Below are positions 62,518-64,000 of a DNA stretch of 64,000 nucleotides, one piece after another. This stretch comes from an uncultured delta proteobacterium. Lineage in GTDB: Bacteria > Desulfobacterota > WTBG01. The stretch lies in contig CAWCBP010000008.1 of assembly GCA_963793865.1 (NCBI GenBank), positions 448,001 through 512,000 of the forward strand, written 5' to 3'. The notes beneath the pieces are model-generated. The model was given only the letters and a program-made list of their open reading frames with translations, did not search any database and was not told the DNA's origin. The translations under genes and the position numbers were made by a program. The stretch's first letter is position 1; each line of letters opens with the position of its first letter.

Positions 62518-63160
62518 ATGGCAGTTGTCGTAAAAAATGAAAGCATCCGGATTGAAAAACTTGAATTGGGGCCCTTCGGCACCAATGCCTATATTTTAAC
62601 CTGCCCCAAAACAAAGCATGAGCGTTGTCGTCGATGCCCCGGGAGAAGCAGACAAGATTCTGGAACGACTCAAAGGCACAAATCCCAAATGCATTCTGAT
62701 GACCCACAATCACATGGATCATGTCGGTGCGCTTTTGGAGTTACAATCAAAGCTGGGCGTTCCGGTTGCGGTACACAGTGCCGATGCCGGTAATCTGCCG
62801 CTGGAGCCTGATCAAATTTTAAGTGACGGCGACGTGGTATCGATTGGAGAAATTCAAATCACCGTATTGCATACGCCGGGGCACACCCCTGGCAGCCTGT
62901 GCTTTCTGACGGGCAGCTATTTACTATCAGGCGATACGATTTTTCCGGGCGGGCCGGGAAAAACATGGTCCCCCGCTGCGTTTAAGCAAATCATTGAATC
63001 CTTAAAGAGTAAAATATTTGTGCTTCCGGATGAGACGGAAGTGTATCCCGGGCACGGCGGCGCTACAACTCTCAAAAAAGAAAAACAGAATTTCGAAATT
63101 TTTTCCTCAAAACCCCATGACCCGAAGCTTTGCGGGGATGTTGTGTGGCTTTCATCATAG
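62518..63160 (+). CDS. MBL-fold metallo-hydrolase (frameshift near 62618)
   Basis: GPFGTNAYI, THNHMDH, HTPGHT, SGDTIF, YPGHG. Confidence 0.9.
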
Positions 63161-63341
63161 CCAGATTTTACATCATCCGTGCCTTACCACTATGTAACCC
63201 CGGCTCGTGAAATTTTTTTAGCATCAAAAAGCATCCCTTACCGAATGATTCCAATCCGGTGAAAAGCTTTTCCGAACAGGTTGTTGAAAAAGTATGTGTT
63301 TTTATTTACTGCTGTTTTATGACAGTGCGTCTTACACTAAA

Positions 63342-64000
63342 ATGAAGAAACCCGATTTCATAGTGAGAAACTATCATCCGAGTGACTTTGACGACTACGT
63401 CCGATTGCGGGTTGCGGCTGAAAAGCGCGATCGATCCGGACGCCATATTTCAAAGCAGAGATTAGCAGAGGATCTGGGGCATCCCGGTTTTCACCCGCAG
63501 CGTGATCTGTTTATCGCAGAGCGTAGCGGGCGTTTAGTCGGCTATGCCTCCATTTTCCCGGAGCCGGGTATTGGCCGCGCGCTGCTGGATGGTCTGGTCC
63601 ATCCACTGCACAGAAACAAGGGCATTGCAACTGCACTGTTTGACTGCGCCATCCAATATGCAAAAAAGACAGGGGTTAAGGTCGTTCAGGTATGCATATC
63701 GGAAACCAACCTGGCGGCCAGGAATTTTGTGTCAGTCCTGGGGTTTCGATATGTCCGCAGATTCATTGTGTTTAAGCTGGACCTCGCTGCCATGCAACTC
63801 CCTGATGTCAGGCCGGGAGCATATATCATCCGCAATCTCAAGCAGGGTGAAGAACAGCTGTTAACCGATATACAGAACCGCTCGTTTGCGGATGCCTGGG
63901 GTTTTAATCCCAATACGCGAGATGAAATTGCTTACCGCATCAATCTAAGAAGCTGCTCTCCGAAAAATATCATCATGGCCTACCGGGGAGATAAACCCGT
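63342..64000 (+). CDS. GNAT acetyltransferase (runs off the window; absent from the ORF track)
   Basis: manual translation MKKPDFIVRNYHPSD...VHPLHRNKGIATALF...NLAARNFVSVLGF. Confidence 0.8.
   Translation, partial: MKKPDFIVRNYHPSDFDDYVRLRVAAEKRDRSGRHISKQRLAEDLGHPGFHPQRDLFIAERSGRLVGYASIFPEPGIGRALLDGLVHPLHRNKGIATALFDCAIQYAKKTGVKVVQVCISETNLAARNFVSVLGFRYVRRFIVFKLDLAAMQLPDVRPGAYIIRNLKQGEEQLLTDIQNRSFADAWGFNPNTRDEIAYRINLRSCSPKNIIMAYRGDKP

Overview
Chromosomal window from an anaerobic bacterium, most plausibly Desulfobacterota (inferred from gene content, not a database match). 1-24 kb: molybdenum/tungsten and selenium cofactor genes (ThiF/MoeB, MoaD-like, selenocysteine-containing SelD with a SECIS hairpin, YqeB, MoxR/CoxD + VWA/CoxE, NifU-like, XdhC, YqeC) surround two aldehyde:ferredoxin oxidoreductase (AOR-family) units and a NuoE / NuoF-GltD fusion / NuoG-like flavoprotein module. 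25-38 kb: a ferredoxin-dependent bilin reductase-like protein, HtpX, an mtnP-DUF819-dipeptide epimerase unit, a thioredoxin/CxxCH multidomain protein, a papain-family protease and an SLC13 permease. 38-50 kb: an aprA-aprB-cysK-sulfite reductase operon, hcp/HcpR with FNR-type boxes, and a sigma54 two-component system whose palindromic enhancer appears twice. 51-61 kb: an AT-richer, island-like block headed by a fluoride riboswitch (antiporter, USP, enolase, dynamin-like GTPase, HIT, MFS, TauE) and ending in tRNA-Arg and tRNA-Glu fragments. Several REP/MITE families are present. Many genes carry single-base frameshifts, several in homopolymers, probably long-read assembly errors. All calls come from motif recognition by eye; no searches were run.
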